Positions 10,862-22,700 of a DNA stretch of 64,000 bases are shown piece by piece. Where the stretch lies: NCBI GenBank assembly GCA_973895155.1, contig OZ316893.1:14662645-14726644 (forward strand), in the 5' to 3' direction. The stretch is from Marsupella aquatica. Lineage: Eukaryota > Plantae > Marchantiophyta. The position numbers and the translations under genes were made by a program. The notes under the pieces are model-generated. The model did not search any database. It was given only the letters and a program-made list of their open reading frames with translations, and was not told the DNA's origin. The stretch's first letter is position 1. Each line of letters opens with the position of its first letter.

Positions 10862-13800
10862 TCATACTTGGTCACCTTCAATGTCCTCTACATCTGACAC
10901 AAAAATAGTGTCTAGCTTGTCTGAAACAATAGAACGAGACCGTGGCACATATGTGATGACAAGTGACCACTCTAGGTCTAAGGGGTATGGAACGTAGAAA
11001 CATTGCTCCAAGTGAGATGGGAAAGTAAATGGCTCTGACGTTTGCCAATGGGATGCTTGAAAACTAGTGGCACTTGTCCTCAACCGTGTAAACCCACTCT
11101 CATCTTGGAGTACAGTGCGATTATTACCAACAAGGTTCACTTTGAACCACTTGCACTTGAAGACATACTCCTCAAACTTAGATTGGTTGTCATATGAGAC
11201 CACCAAAATCTCCTCTATCTTCCCATAGTGTGGCACAACATCACGAACAATGTTCCTGTCATGTCGGCTACTCCGGGAGTCCTGACAAAACTGCCCTTGA
11301 ACTCCACAATCAAAAGTACGAGCCCTCTTCTCATCAAGGGAAGAAATCCTGAAATTAACAAGACCCATATATTGTTACTACTACACAAAAAACACTAATC
11401 ATGTTATGAGGAACCTTTCATACCAAAAGAGAAAAACACACTTATCTTAAGTAAAATGATTACTATATCTTAAGTAGTAGTACATGAATATGGAAAACAA
11501 GGTTAGGAACTAGTGAAACCTGAAGTGTCTCCCTTGGGTCCACATGGCCGTCTTGGATGTTACCACTCTCAAAGGGCCATGAACAATGGTCCGAATGTCA
11601 TTTGTCATAGTAGGAAACTGTGAGACATCTCCTCCTTGTGCCAAAATGCCATCCAACTCAACCAACTTTTCCTTCATAAACTCATGCAACTTAGGAAAAA
11701 TCCTTGCCCTTTGACTCATTCTTTTGGCATTGTCATAAAACTCCCTCCATTCATCCATGACATTGCTATTACTCAACATGAATGTATTCAACTGTGTCCA
11801 CTCTGTTGATGTAAGCATGCGTGTTTTTGTTGCTCCTGTTAAACAGTCCTCCTCTTGCCTCTCCTCCATCCAAGTACGTGGTAAAGTCCGATCAATGGTG
11901 GCCAAGATGTTACTACAATAAAACATGCTCTCTGCAGCCAAGTATCCTGTAGCTATGCTTCCCTCCACTCGTGCACGGTTACGTACATAAGCCTTCAAGA
12001 CTGACATGTAACGCTCAAGCCAGTACATACATCGACAATGAACTGGACCAACAATGGCAACCTCCCTCACAAGATGCACAAGTAAATGAACCTGACAATC
12101 AAAGAAGGAAGGAGGGAGGGCCTTCTCCAACTTGCAAACCACCTCAGCAGCCAATACCTCCATTCCAGGAATCTCTTCCACATATATCTCCTTTGAGCAT
12201 ATCCATCTCAACAAACGACCCAATGACCAAATGGCATCTTGCACTTCTTTGGTCCCCAACCCTATAATTGCCACTGGCAATATATGCTGCAATAAGCGGT
12301 GATAGTCATGTGTCTTGAGATACCGTGGCCATTTGTGATTGTCCTCCATCCCAAAAGCTTTCCTCAAATTGGCACCATAGCCTGTAGGAAACCGCATCTC
12401 CCCTATACGATTCCGGAATTCACGTCTTTGGCCAACACTAAGCACCCAAGGAGCAGAAGGACGATGTTCCAAACCTGTGGCAGGATCAACTTGTACCCAT
12501 ACATCTGGATGCATTTCCAACTCTTCACATGCCTCCCTGAAGTTAGTGTCCTTCTCCCCATAAAAATGAGCTATCAACACCTTCCCCACATTTCCCTCTA
12601 TGTGCATGGGGTCTAAAAGATGGCGGATCTTCAACTCTGACCAATAGGGCAAACTGGCTAGTATACTCCACCTCGTCAACCCAGTACCATCAAAGGTGAG
12701 GGGATCATCAGGGTCTGCCACCCTATCAGCTAGTGACTTCCAATGCCCAAAAGTTGTTGGTTCCGGAATTTCCCGCATATCACCAAGGGGCATGTCAAAG
12801 GAGGAAAATAAAAGTGGGTCAGACCTCATCTCATGCCCCATCGGAAGAAACTTTGTATGCCCAATGTAAACAATCTTCCTAAGCCATGGGGACCAAATTG
12901 CCATATCTTGCAATTGTGGACCACAGGTGGAGCAAGCTTTGTACCCCTGAGTTTGCAATCCAGAGACAAAGCCAAACCCTGGTTACACCAAAAATAAAAC
13001 CAGACTAAATGTTAGGGTTGTCACATGACAAACAAGTATATTAAAGAGCATATCAAAGAAGGGTGGCATATGGTCAAAAAGTCATCTTACCAGGATAGTC
13101 ATGCATTGTCCAACAAACTACCCCTCTCAATTTAAATACACGTGGAATGCCTCCTATATTTTTCCTGCCATCGTATGCCCACACTCCACCCCACAGTTTT
13201 TGGAGTTCTCCAATCAATAGTGCCAAATAAGTGTCAAAGTTCTTCACCTTTTTTGGACCTGGAATAATCAAAGACAGCAAGAGGAACCCCTTCTTCATGG
13301 ATAGCCATGGTGGAAGGTTGTAATTCATCACAACCACAGGCCAAACTGATGTAGGTCTTCCCTTGCCTCCAAGGGCATGAGGACTAACCCCATCAGATGC
13401 CAATCCCAACCTCACATGACGAGGATCATGTGCAAAGTCTGGCCATGTTTCCTCAATATGTTTGACTGCAGGAGAGTCAATTGGCAACCGCATAACACCA
13501 GGCTCTGATCGATGAGTCTTATGCCATACCATCAACTCTGCCAAATCAGAACACCTGTACATGTGCAACAATCGAGGAATGATGGGAAACCAACGAACAA
13601 CTTTTCTTGGCACCTTCTTTGTAATCATGTTGGGGTCATACCATGGCTCATGACATTCAGTACACTGTGTCTTCTTCTCATCGGCCCCATGAAATAACAT
13701 GCAATCATTCACACATGCATGAATGATATGATATTCCATGCCAATTGATGAGAGAACACGCTTGGCCTCCTTCCAAGTTCCTGACAACACATTGCCAGAA

Positions 13801-14275
13801 GGTAACATAAGGTCATGGCAAAGTGCAAACATATCAGATAACAAGGCATTGCTTGCCTTGTGTTTGGCCTGTAGATTCATCAACCCCAAGATAGCAGAAA
13901 GACGACTCAAACGAGCACCCTCATAGATAAGAGTTCGGGCATGTTCCTCTGCTTCCTCCCATTGGCGCTGTCCCTCAGGGGTATGTCTTGGTCGTGGATC
14001 ATTGGGGGGCACATGACCTCCTTGATCAGCAGACACCTCAGCATCATCACCAGGGATGTCAACACCAAACCAATCAACCATAAAATCATCCATGGCTCTA
14101 TCTTGGTCATCAATAACCTGTTCATATGTTCTGGGTACATTGCGATCAGGGTTGTTGCTTCCACTGTCACTTGATGAGGAATGTGACTCAGAGCCTTTCC
14201 TTCTTCCGGCATACCCATTTCCCGATATGCTGCTCTCAATCTCCGCGGTAACATATTTTGAGAGGGTCGCACATT
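10862..14275 (-). pseudogene. CACTA-2 TnpD transposase (Transposase_21, DUF4218, DUF4216); probable 1-nt frameshift near 14197
   Basis: Exons ~14275-13091, 12978-11520, 11348-10862 joined by in-phase GT-AG introns; motifs HACVNDCMLF, FPIIPRL, LASDGVSP, YNLPPW, HDYPG, DPMHIEGN, LKTHDYH, MYWLERY, EPFTFPSHLEQCFY. The first coding exon is probably the TAD exon 15569-15336. Confidence 0.88.
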
Positions 14276-14418
14276 CTAAAAACAATGCAAACAATTGAAA
14301 GTTACAAAGCAAATAGTTACAACATGTAGAAGAATATATGGGGGTGTGCAAACATGAAATAATATCGGTACTAGTGTAAATACAAAATGTGGCCAAACGC
14401 CATGTGTATGGTCATTTT

Positions 14419-15569
14419 CTAATCCCACACATAGTGAGTAAACAACTCATCACCTGAGTGAATGGTCCTAGTAGCTACAACCAGACAATGGTCATGATGA
14501 TATGTCTGGCCATAAGGGGCTGGTGGAGGACCCTCAATGAAAACCCACTCACAATTTTGCCTACGCTTGGGGCGAGTCCCCACAGTACTGTTTATGAAAC
14601 CAGCTATATTCCCAATTCGTATGGGGTCCCCATCTATCACCCGCTGCTCACTATACCTCCTAGTGTTTCCATCAAAAGTATCTAACTCCAAGGCATAAGT
14701 CTTCCACTCAGGATGTTGTGCAAGGATCATGTTCCAATGTCTTCTCTTGTAGATGGGTCCACCATAAGGAAACAACGTAGGTCCTTCTCGACCGCGTCCA
14801 CCACTACCACTCTCGGTATCCACAATGATGTCTTCACAAGCAAAAACTCCATAGCCATGTCTATCCCCAAGTGTGGAAGGTTTGATAACCCAACGTCTTC
14901 CCCAAACCTCTACCTCCTCACCATAGGAAAGCTCTTGTGGCAAACCAAGAGTCTGGGGATCCCAGTCCTTGATGATAGGAACACATTTGCCAGTAAACTC
15001 ACAATCACCCCACCTACCGGTAACCACTGCCTTGTACAAATCAGTATCCCCTTGGGGCCGTCTCTTGGAACGCTTTCTCCCTCTTGGGACAACAGGCTCA
15101 CCCCCAACTACCCTAGGACTGGAGGGGGCTGTTGCTAGACCCAAGGCTTGTGAGAATGCATTGCCTATAGCATCTAGAACACCTTGTGATGGGACATAAG
15201 GTGCTGATGCCGCAGGTCTAGGCCTACTAGATACCTATTCCACCCAAACCAAAACAAACAACGAGAGGTGTGAAATTAAAAACCTTCACCATTGCGATGT
15301 GGAAATAGGGTAGAAACTAAGGCGTAAACACTTACCACATGGGATGAGGAAGCCCCTGTTGTATGACGTCCGTAACGTCCATATCTCTCAATATGCTGGG
15401 TGCATATATAGGACTTTTGGGAAACCTGACCCACACATTTGGCACATTGGCAAAGCTGACGGGGTGGACCACGAGGAGGAGGTGCAGTCGTGTGAGGTTG
15501 AGGAGGAGGTGGTATATCTTCATCGGAGGAGGAAGAATCTGTGGTGGAGATCTCAGAAGATGAAGACAT
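14419..15569 (-). CDS. TAD + SET-domain protein (putative lysine methyltransferase), exons 15569-15336 and 15234-14419, 349 aa
   Basis: Exon 1 has CQCAKC...CTQHIERYG (CACTA transposase-associated domain pattern CxCxxC...H...G). A 101-nt phase-0 intron GTAAG...AATAG joins it in frame to an open exon with SET motifs IKPST..HGYGVFA.EDI, PYGG, IDG....GNIAGFINS, NCE, VVATRTIHSGDELFTHY. Confidence 0.85.
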
Positions 15570-15999
15570 TGCCCCTACAAAGATGTATAATTTGCAAGTT
15601 AGGGGTTATTACCAAATAACATCACAATATCAAGCTGGACAAATGTAAGTTCTCAAGTAATGATGACATGAAACCAAACACAAAAGGAACACTAAAAAAT
15701 ACCTTTCTGAGACCCAGGCTCAGCGGTGCCAATTAATAGGTCTTGTGGCTCTAAAATAATGAACCGAATCTGGAAGTATGAGAAAAGCTGCAAGTACACA
15801 AAGCGAACACCTTACATACATGTCCTCTTCATAGATAGTGGGAACCAAAATTTTTAATTACATGAATAAGCCTAACTAGACCCATCTATTTTAGTCCGTA
15901 CCTCCAGATGCCCGGGCTCTCACGATGCATACGCATTAGCTAGTATCAATTCATGCAAAAGTGCCGCACCCTGCAAGTTGTCATAGCTCCTCCTCCTTT

Positions 16000-16470
16000 G
16001 TTAGCATAAAACCCATGGAAAAACCATTAAAACCCAAAAGATCCATAAAACCCATTAAAACCCATAAAACCCATGGTAAAACAACTAAAACATTAATCTC
16101 ATCTAACCTTGCTTTGCCTTTTCCAAACCCTCACCCCCAAACCTCTGACCTATTACAAAAACCTAGACCCTCACTCCCAATCCCCTTCCTCTCTTTTGTT
16201 TTAAACCCTAAACCCTTGCTTGAACCCTAAAAGCCTACAACCATAAATGCAAACCCTGCTTAAACCCAAAATTAAAGACTTAAACCCTAAACCCAAACCC
16301 AACTTTAATCCTAAACCCTTTCCTCACTTATTAATTTTAAACCAAAACCCAACTCTTATCAAAATTAGCCTACACCCACACCATGTATAGCTTAAAAACC
16401 GGAAGGTTTGACTGGTAATCTCGCTTTTAACCCCTAACAAAACCAGCTTCATCCAAGACCCAACCCTAAC
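16000..16470. promoter_or_regulatory. AAACCC/AAACCCTA (telobox-like)-rich divergent promoter region between TAD/SET/TnpD and TnpA genes
   Basis: Numerous AAAACCC and AAACCCTAA motifs between two divergently oriented genes; promoter role is inferred. Confidence 0.4.
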
Positions 16471-16609
16471 AAACGCCGGGATTTGAAACGGCGGAATTTC
16501 TTAATTACACAAAAGGGCATAGTATAACTTACATGGCCTAAACAAAAGGAGGAGGGAAAGAATGTGAAAAAAAATTTTGCCAGGAATTGCCACGATATTG
16601 AGAACTGAC

Positions 16610-16830
16610 CTGCTTCGCAACCTGCTTCAGAATTTGGTCACATTATTTGCGAAGCACAATGTTTCACAACAGCTTCGGAAAAACAGAGCCCAAGAGCGTT
16701 TTTTCGCGTCTCTGCAGCTTTGCGAAGGCTTTGCGAAGCGTGTGGTTTTGCATTGGTTTTGGAAAGTTGAGATACTAGTTGCGAAGCAGGCTGATTCGCA
16801 AATTGCGATGCGGACTGCATCGCAAATGTG
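16610..16830. repeat. TTGCGA/TCGCAA motif cluster B (upstream of TnpA-like gene)
   Basis: TTCGCAA, several TTGCGAAG, TTCGCAAATTGCGAT, TCGCAAA. Confidence 0.8.
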
Positions 16831-16939
16831 TTTTGTCTGGGCATTCGGACCTTCCCGCCGGGTTACGAGGCCCATTCGACGTTTTTTGAAGTGAGGGAGG
16901 GCAGGAGGAGAGCTTGCGCGCGCTTGGTGTTGGATAGCT

Positions 16940-19005
16940 ATGGATTCTAGTGGAGGGCGTGGAGGGGATGGGGCAGGGGCAAGTGGGAGTGGGAGTGGGA
17001 GTGGCAATGGCAATGGAGGGAACAGGAATGAGGAGAGTAATCAATGGACGAATTTGATGGCCGAGCATCTCAATGCCACACAGCTGAGCCATTTGGATTT
17101 GAGTACACTAGCTGGGATTGCTTCTTTGAGTGCAATTCTAGGGCAAGCTTTGCAAACCGGGGTTGCAGCAGGGCAGGCTCAGAGGGAGAAAGAGGCAAAG
17201 GCTGCAGCTGAGGAGAAGGCCAGAGAGAAGAAACGAAAGAAGGAGGAGAGGGCTAAGGCAGGAGTACTCTCTCCTGCAGCCCTCAAAAATAAGAGGAGAA
17301 GGGAGGAACGAGATGAGATTCGAGCACAACGTGAGGCGCAGCGGAAAAAGGAGGAAGAGAGGAAGAAGCTGCCATTGATTGCCTTGGTTGAGGGCATTCC
17401 TACTGAGTTGGCCTACACTGGGGCAAAGAGCACTATCAGGCTTGCTGTGAGGACTAGCTTTGCATGAGGTGTTGAGTGGGGGAAACTAAGCAGAGCAGAG
17501 CAGAGGAAAGTAATGACTCAGGTCAAAGATTCATTCAGAAATGGAGCAGAGATTGATGACCAGTGGCTTGCAGATAGAATTTCGAATTCAATGTCTCAAG
17601 CACGATACCATGATAGGAGGAAGGTGAGGGCCTACCTAGCAAGCTTGCAGGAGTACAGGAACGTGAGGATGCCAGTGCAATTCACAAAGGATGTGTGGAA
17701 CGCGTTCTATAAGGTCGAGGTGCAGCTGAAAGTAGCCAAGGACCTCCAATTCTGGAAGGAGAAGGAGGCCAAGGCACTTCAGGCCGGGAAGTCAGACAAA
17801 GACCTCAAGGCATTGGCTGAGAAGGTCTCTCAGCTGCAGCACATCGTGGATGAAGTGGGGACACCACCCCAGAAGTTCATCCTTGCAGCAAACCGAGTCA
17901 GCAAATGCCCCAAGACCACACACAAGATGGGGCAAGGTGGACTTCCCAGCCTGAAAGCAACCTTCGTGAGTCCTCTCCCCTCCTCCCCTGCTTCTTTTCC
18001 TTTGCCTTCAACTGTTGTTTGCTTGCCTGCAATGCCCCTCGCTGACCTCTGCTTTACCCCTTATGGCCTCCCCTTTCGTTTTAGGTCACCCTGACACATT
18101 GCGTGCCTTAGTCATTTCTCGGATTTTTTTAAAAGCACAGTTTGCGAAACAATTGCGAAGCGGGTTGCCTTGCAATTGTTTCGCAAACTCTATTATAACC
18201 TTTTTCCCGTAAGGTTTGCGAAGCCATTGCGAAGCAATCCGATTCGCAGTCTATTTCACAAACTTAAATATATTTGAATTTGCGAAGGTGGGACTTTCGC
18301 AAAGCTTGTTTCATTTTGAAAAACGTTTAGTGTCGAGTGACAAATGTTTGTTAGGGTAATGGGGTTTTTTTCTGGTTAGGGTACCCTTTTTACCCTTTTT
18401 AGGATTCCTTTTTTGCTTAAGTACCCTTAGTTACTAACCCGGGCCCCTTATGTTTTGGTGTTTCATTTTTTTGTGGTAGTATAAGAGGTACCGCCGCAAG
18501 ATAACAACAAAGGAGATGGAGATAGGGGCAGAGCATGGGGCCAGACATCTCTTTGAGTTGGTTGATGCAGAGTTGGCTAGTGTGAGTGATTTGTAGTACC
18601 CTTTCTAAACCCGCACCCATTCCATTTATAAGGTTTATACATTTTTCCTATTAACCCTAAACCCGAATTAACCTTGTGACATGGAAGCAGGATAAGGAGG
18701 AGCAGGAGGGGAGTGAGGATAGCAGTGAGGAGGATAGCGGCGCTGATGATGGGGACACTACCGGGGCCACCACGAGTGGGTCCAGAGGGGCAGGGAGTGT
18801 TGCCACACCTAGCACACCAGGAGACCAGGAGGATGATGATGAGGATGATGACGATGATGAGGATGAGCCAGATGGGGAGGAGCAACAGGCACCACCACCA
18901 CCGCCACCACCACCACCACCCCCCTCCCATCCAGCTTGTCCCGCCCAAAGCAAGAAGGACAAGGGAAAGAGGCCAGCAAAGAGGAGTAGGCGAGCTCCAT
19001 TCTAG
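16940..19005 (+). pseudogene. TnpA-like accessory gene of CACTA-2; exons ~16940-17965, 18480-18581, 18691-19005; in-frame TGA at 17465
   Basis: ORFs 16940-17467 and 17513-18094 are in the same frame across one TGA (likely CGA); basic coiled-coil, helical core, KTTHKMGQGG (En/Spm Transposase_24-like H..G..G), acidic/Pro-rich last exon; GTGAG donors and TAG/CAG acceptors. Confidence 0.62.
18130..18305. repeat. TTGCGA/TCGCAA motif cluster C (intron of TnpA-like gene)
   Basis: TTTGCGAAACAATTGCGAAG, TTCGCAAAC, TTTGCGAAG, TTGCGAAG, TTCGCAAAG. Confidence 0.8.
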
Positions 19006-19219
19006 AGGATGCAGATGTAGTTCACTCCATATGGCATATGGATTAGTCAAAGGACAGTGTCTTGGTATTTGATACCCCATAGGGTTTTAGAAAACCCTAA
19101 TTTTTGTACATTCAGGGATTTTTGGCATATATAAAGTTTTGCTTTGGTATCTTCATGTGGAGCAATAAGACCCCAACCCAATTATGAACCCAAATATACA
19201 AAACCCAGCCCTCAAACTA

Positions 19220-19792
19220 TCCTTGCGAAACACATGCGAACGCCATACTATCGCAAACTTGCCATACATTGAGTATTGGAACATTGCGATACTTTTGGTT
19301 CCGCAATTGTGCGACACCCTGACTGACGCAGTTATGCGATACCATATGAATGGCAACGGAATTGTCAAGACAACAGCTTCGCAAATAAGTTATGGTTTAG
19401 AGCGCGTCGCAAACCGATAAAGAGTCTGTCGAGATCGCATAAATGTGATTTATGTGCGATAAAATAAGTTTCGCAGTGTGCGAAGGTGTTGCAAAGGGGT
19501 TGCGAAAGTCCGATTGCGAAGCTGTGGGTTTCAAAGAATGCGAAAGGGTTGTGATGCGTAGCGTTTCGCAAACGCTGGAATTTCATAATTTGGTCCTTTG
19601 TTAGTTGCGATGGGACAGGGTTCGCAAAAGGGGTTGGTAGTGTTGTAGTGATTGTTTCATGGGATAGACTTTCCATTGAAAGAGAATATTTTCTATAGAC
19701 ACAGACCTAAAGAGAACCCAATGATTTGAAGACCATATTCACAGGACCAATCCCAAGAGAGCCTTGCCCCATCCCGGCCATTTCTCCTAGTG
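19220..19792. repeat. Subterminal TTGCGA/TCGCAA cluster D and TIR of CACTA-2
   Basis: Dense motif copies in both orientations at 19220-19630, then terminal TTTCTCCTAGTG. Confidence 0.85.
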
Positions 19793-22700
19793 ACTGGCTG
19801 GTAAGAGCCATGCAGCTTTCTCCGACTATAGTCGGGTGGGAAGGGACGTACCCTTTGCTGGCAAGGACTCCTGCTTCAATGTAAGCACAAGAAGGTATGG
19901 GATCTGCAAATGTCCAATTGTGCTAGACATGTGCAGTCGGGGCCAGGCCCTCCACTCCAATCCCTCTCCTCCAACATGGTGTACCCTGTAAATTAATTCA
20001 TTGACTCACTCAAAAAAGTTCTGACTTAGAGCATACACCTTGGACCACCCAAACTATATGACTGGCTCTAACTCTCATTGCCATTGGTGATCAAATCCAA
20101 GCCCCCCCTCTCCCAGGCAACCTGCCTCTCCTTCAAGGAGCGCTAGACAACTGGTGATAAAATCCAGTAGTCTCCACCAGGGGCATTACTTCCCTGGGGT
20201 CTCACTTGAATTCAAGAAACCTGCAAACCCACACTTGCAATAGCAAAAAGACAAAACTGAAAGGAAAACATAAAGAACATATCTGTCTACTCTTACCATA
20301 GTTTGCCAAATGCCAACATACCTTGTCGTTAAAGCTCATACTCAAGTCCAAAATGCAAGGAAGAAAAATGAGGTAGCAAAAAACTGGAGATTAATAGGTG
20401 ACCACTAACCTCTCTGGCCCTGCTCCAAGTACTCTGTTGAATACCCAACCAAGTTTTACTGCAGAGCAACTGCTGACCACACGAACAACATCAGAGGACA
20501 AAAACTAAAAAATCATGTCGAGAGAGCATTAGATGCAGTTTACATTTGAGTACACACCTAAACAACAAGAAAAGGCAACCCCTTCTTAAAAAAACCGGAG
20601 CAAGAATTGAATTACTTAATCAAATGATTCAATGAGAACTTGCCCCAAGGGAGAATCCCACAGCAAGCACCCGTCCTCTAGATCACAGCTCTCCTTCTAG
20701 GTTACAAAATGCTGCAGGGCAATGATAAAGATATTGTAAAATATCTACTGTAGCAACCCAACTACCATGCAACAATCCAACTACCATGCAACAGCTCTAC
20801 AATGCCATAAATAAACTGGGGGCAATAAGGGAGGCAATAGGGAGACACTGCCGGTACAGTAGTCAAGGGAGTCAAGGGACTGTTTTGGAGCGGCTTGTGA
20901 GGGACACCAATCAGTAAGTAGTGCTCGAGACTGATTTCACGCAGACGGGCACAAATTCATCCAGGACAGCAAGCCACCTCCTCGCTTGACTTCCCAACTT
21001 GAGAGTTGAGAGAGCTAGAGAACGTGGGAAGCTAGAGAACGAGGCTAGGGGAGAAAGAGTAGATTCACTAAATGAGTCTGCAAAATGTTGTCATCAACTA
21101 GGAGGTTCCACCTGTCAAATGAATGGAGGAGGCAGTTGGGTAGTGCGACTCACGCTTAGCCTTCCCAGCTCTGGCTCATTCCTATACTCCATTTCAACGA
21201 ACATGCCATTTCAGTCACATCCCGACTCCTGCAGGCCTCATCGACATTTCAATATTCATTGGCGAAGGTGTTGTTATGTTGCCATCTCTGAAGCTTGCCG
21301 TAATTGATTAACCATAGTTTCCCGACCTTAATTTCTTGTGTCCCGTGCACTGGCCGTCGTAATGTATAATTACCTGCACAAAATTGGTTCCAGTTTCGGG
21401 AAATAGGTTAGACACAGTTATTTCTGCTACCCACTAACAAAAGCTTTGTACAATTGAACGACAGAGTGCAGTTATACAACATATGTATTTGCTGCAAAAA
21501 AGCCGATCCACTTATCTAGGAATAATAGATCGTTGTCTACATGAATGGATTCAATCAGTATCTGGAACCTACGCCAGGGAGCGCTGGTATTGTCGACGAG
21601 GTGAGTTCACCATGATGAAAACCAGGTCGGATTCGCTGCAGGGAGTCAGAATTAGGTCCTCCTCCGCCAATGATTAGTTATCGTGCTTGTCCATGAGATC
21701 TACTATGAAGGCCGCCTTCAATCAACGTAAGTGTTCACATCCTATGGACGGTATGTACTCTCATCTTTGTTGTCCATTAAGCTTGGTGCCCTACGTCGTT
21801 GGCAATTGTGCATTTCATCGGGCACTTTATACTTGTGGCTAGCAATTCGAACTGAATTTCAAGATAATATGGGCATGCAAGATCGTGTCGAAAACATGAC
21901 TGTGTGGAGGTGCACGTCGCTATTACATAGAATAAATTTGTAGAATTGCTGCATTAAGGTACCCGCTATTTCTCCAGTTCATTGTGCATGTGGCAACTCA
22001 AACTACTTCAACACGATTCAATAGCAGAGCCTGTTGGGAATTGCTTCATACTCTTCGGAACTCTTGACCCCAGGTAGGAATTACAATTCAAAGGTTTCGT
22101 TAGATCAATGACGAAATCAAAGTCGAGAAAACTGAGAACGGGCTACAGGATACAACAGCGATTCCTGACTAGAACATTGTGGTAACCATTCTTGAAGACC
22201 CCATTTGAACAGATTTTTGACTTTCGGAGTCACTTGTCTACCATACGAAGACTTTGGTGACTAGTTGTTGCAAATCCTCAGAGCTAAAACGTTTTAAAGG
22301 TGGTGCCACTGAAAGAAGCTGGCTCATTGTCACAGGCGAGAAAATGCCGTGCAATACAAGTGAAACCATTCAAAGGAGTAAGAACAATAAAGAGCAACAT
22401 TGCAAACGCAGTCAAACTATTTCAAATGATACATTCTAACGAGTTTCATTTGGTCTCTCTAGTTTAGAGATTGAGCACAGTTCCACCAAAATAACGTCAC
22501 TTATTAGGCAACTCCAAGAGCATTACCCGAAAGCTGTAACAACTAGTTGTATACAGCCATTATCATTCCTCTCTTTCAACGGATAGATAGAACCAACTAT
22601 TGTCCCCGTAAATATCTTCTGCCCTTGCCTTGCGCAAAAATGCCGCTTCAAGACCGCGTGAGCTCCTCCTTCCTAATGGTCCCTCGCCCACTTCCCCCCA

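Larger units (their letters stand above)
7186..19792 (-). mobile_element. CACTA/EnSpm DNA transposon 2 carrying SET-domain and P-like transposase genes (other end lies left of CACTA-1, outside window)
   Basis: Terminal TTTCTCCTAGTG at 19781-19792 (reverse complement CACTAGGAGAAA; predicted TSD ACT), subterminal TTGCGA/TCGCAA cluster, TnpD gene on minus strand, TnpA-like gene on plus strand; the same motif clusters recur as far left as ~9980. Confidence 0.85.

Noticed and set aside
10862-15144. SETMAR-like SET-transposase fusion protein
   Set aside because: The SET exon ends in TAG at 14419 three residues after the catalytic Tyr and I see no donor that would join it to TnpD; alternative products fit better than a fusion.
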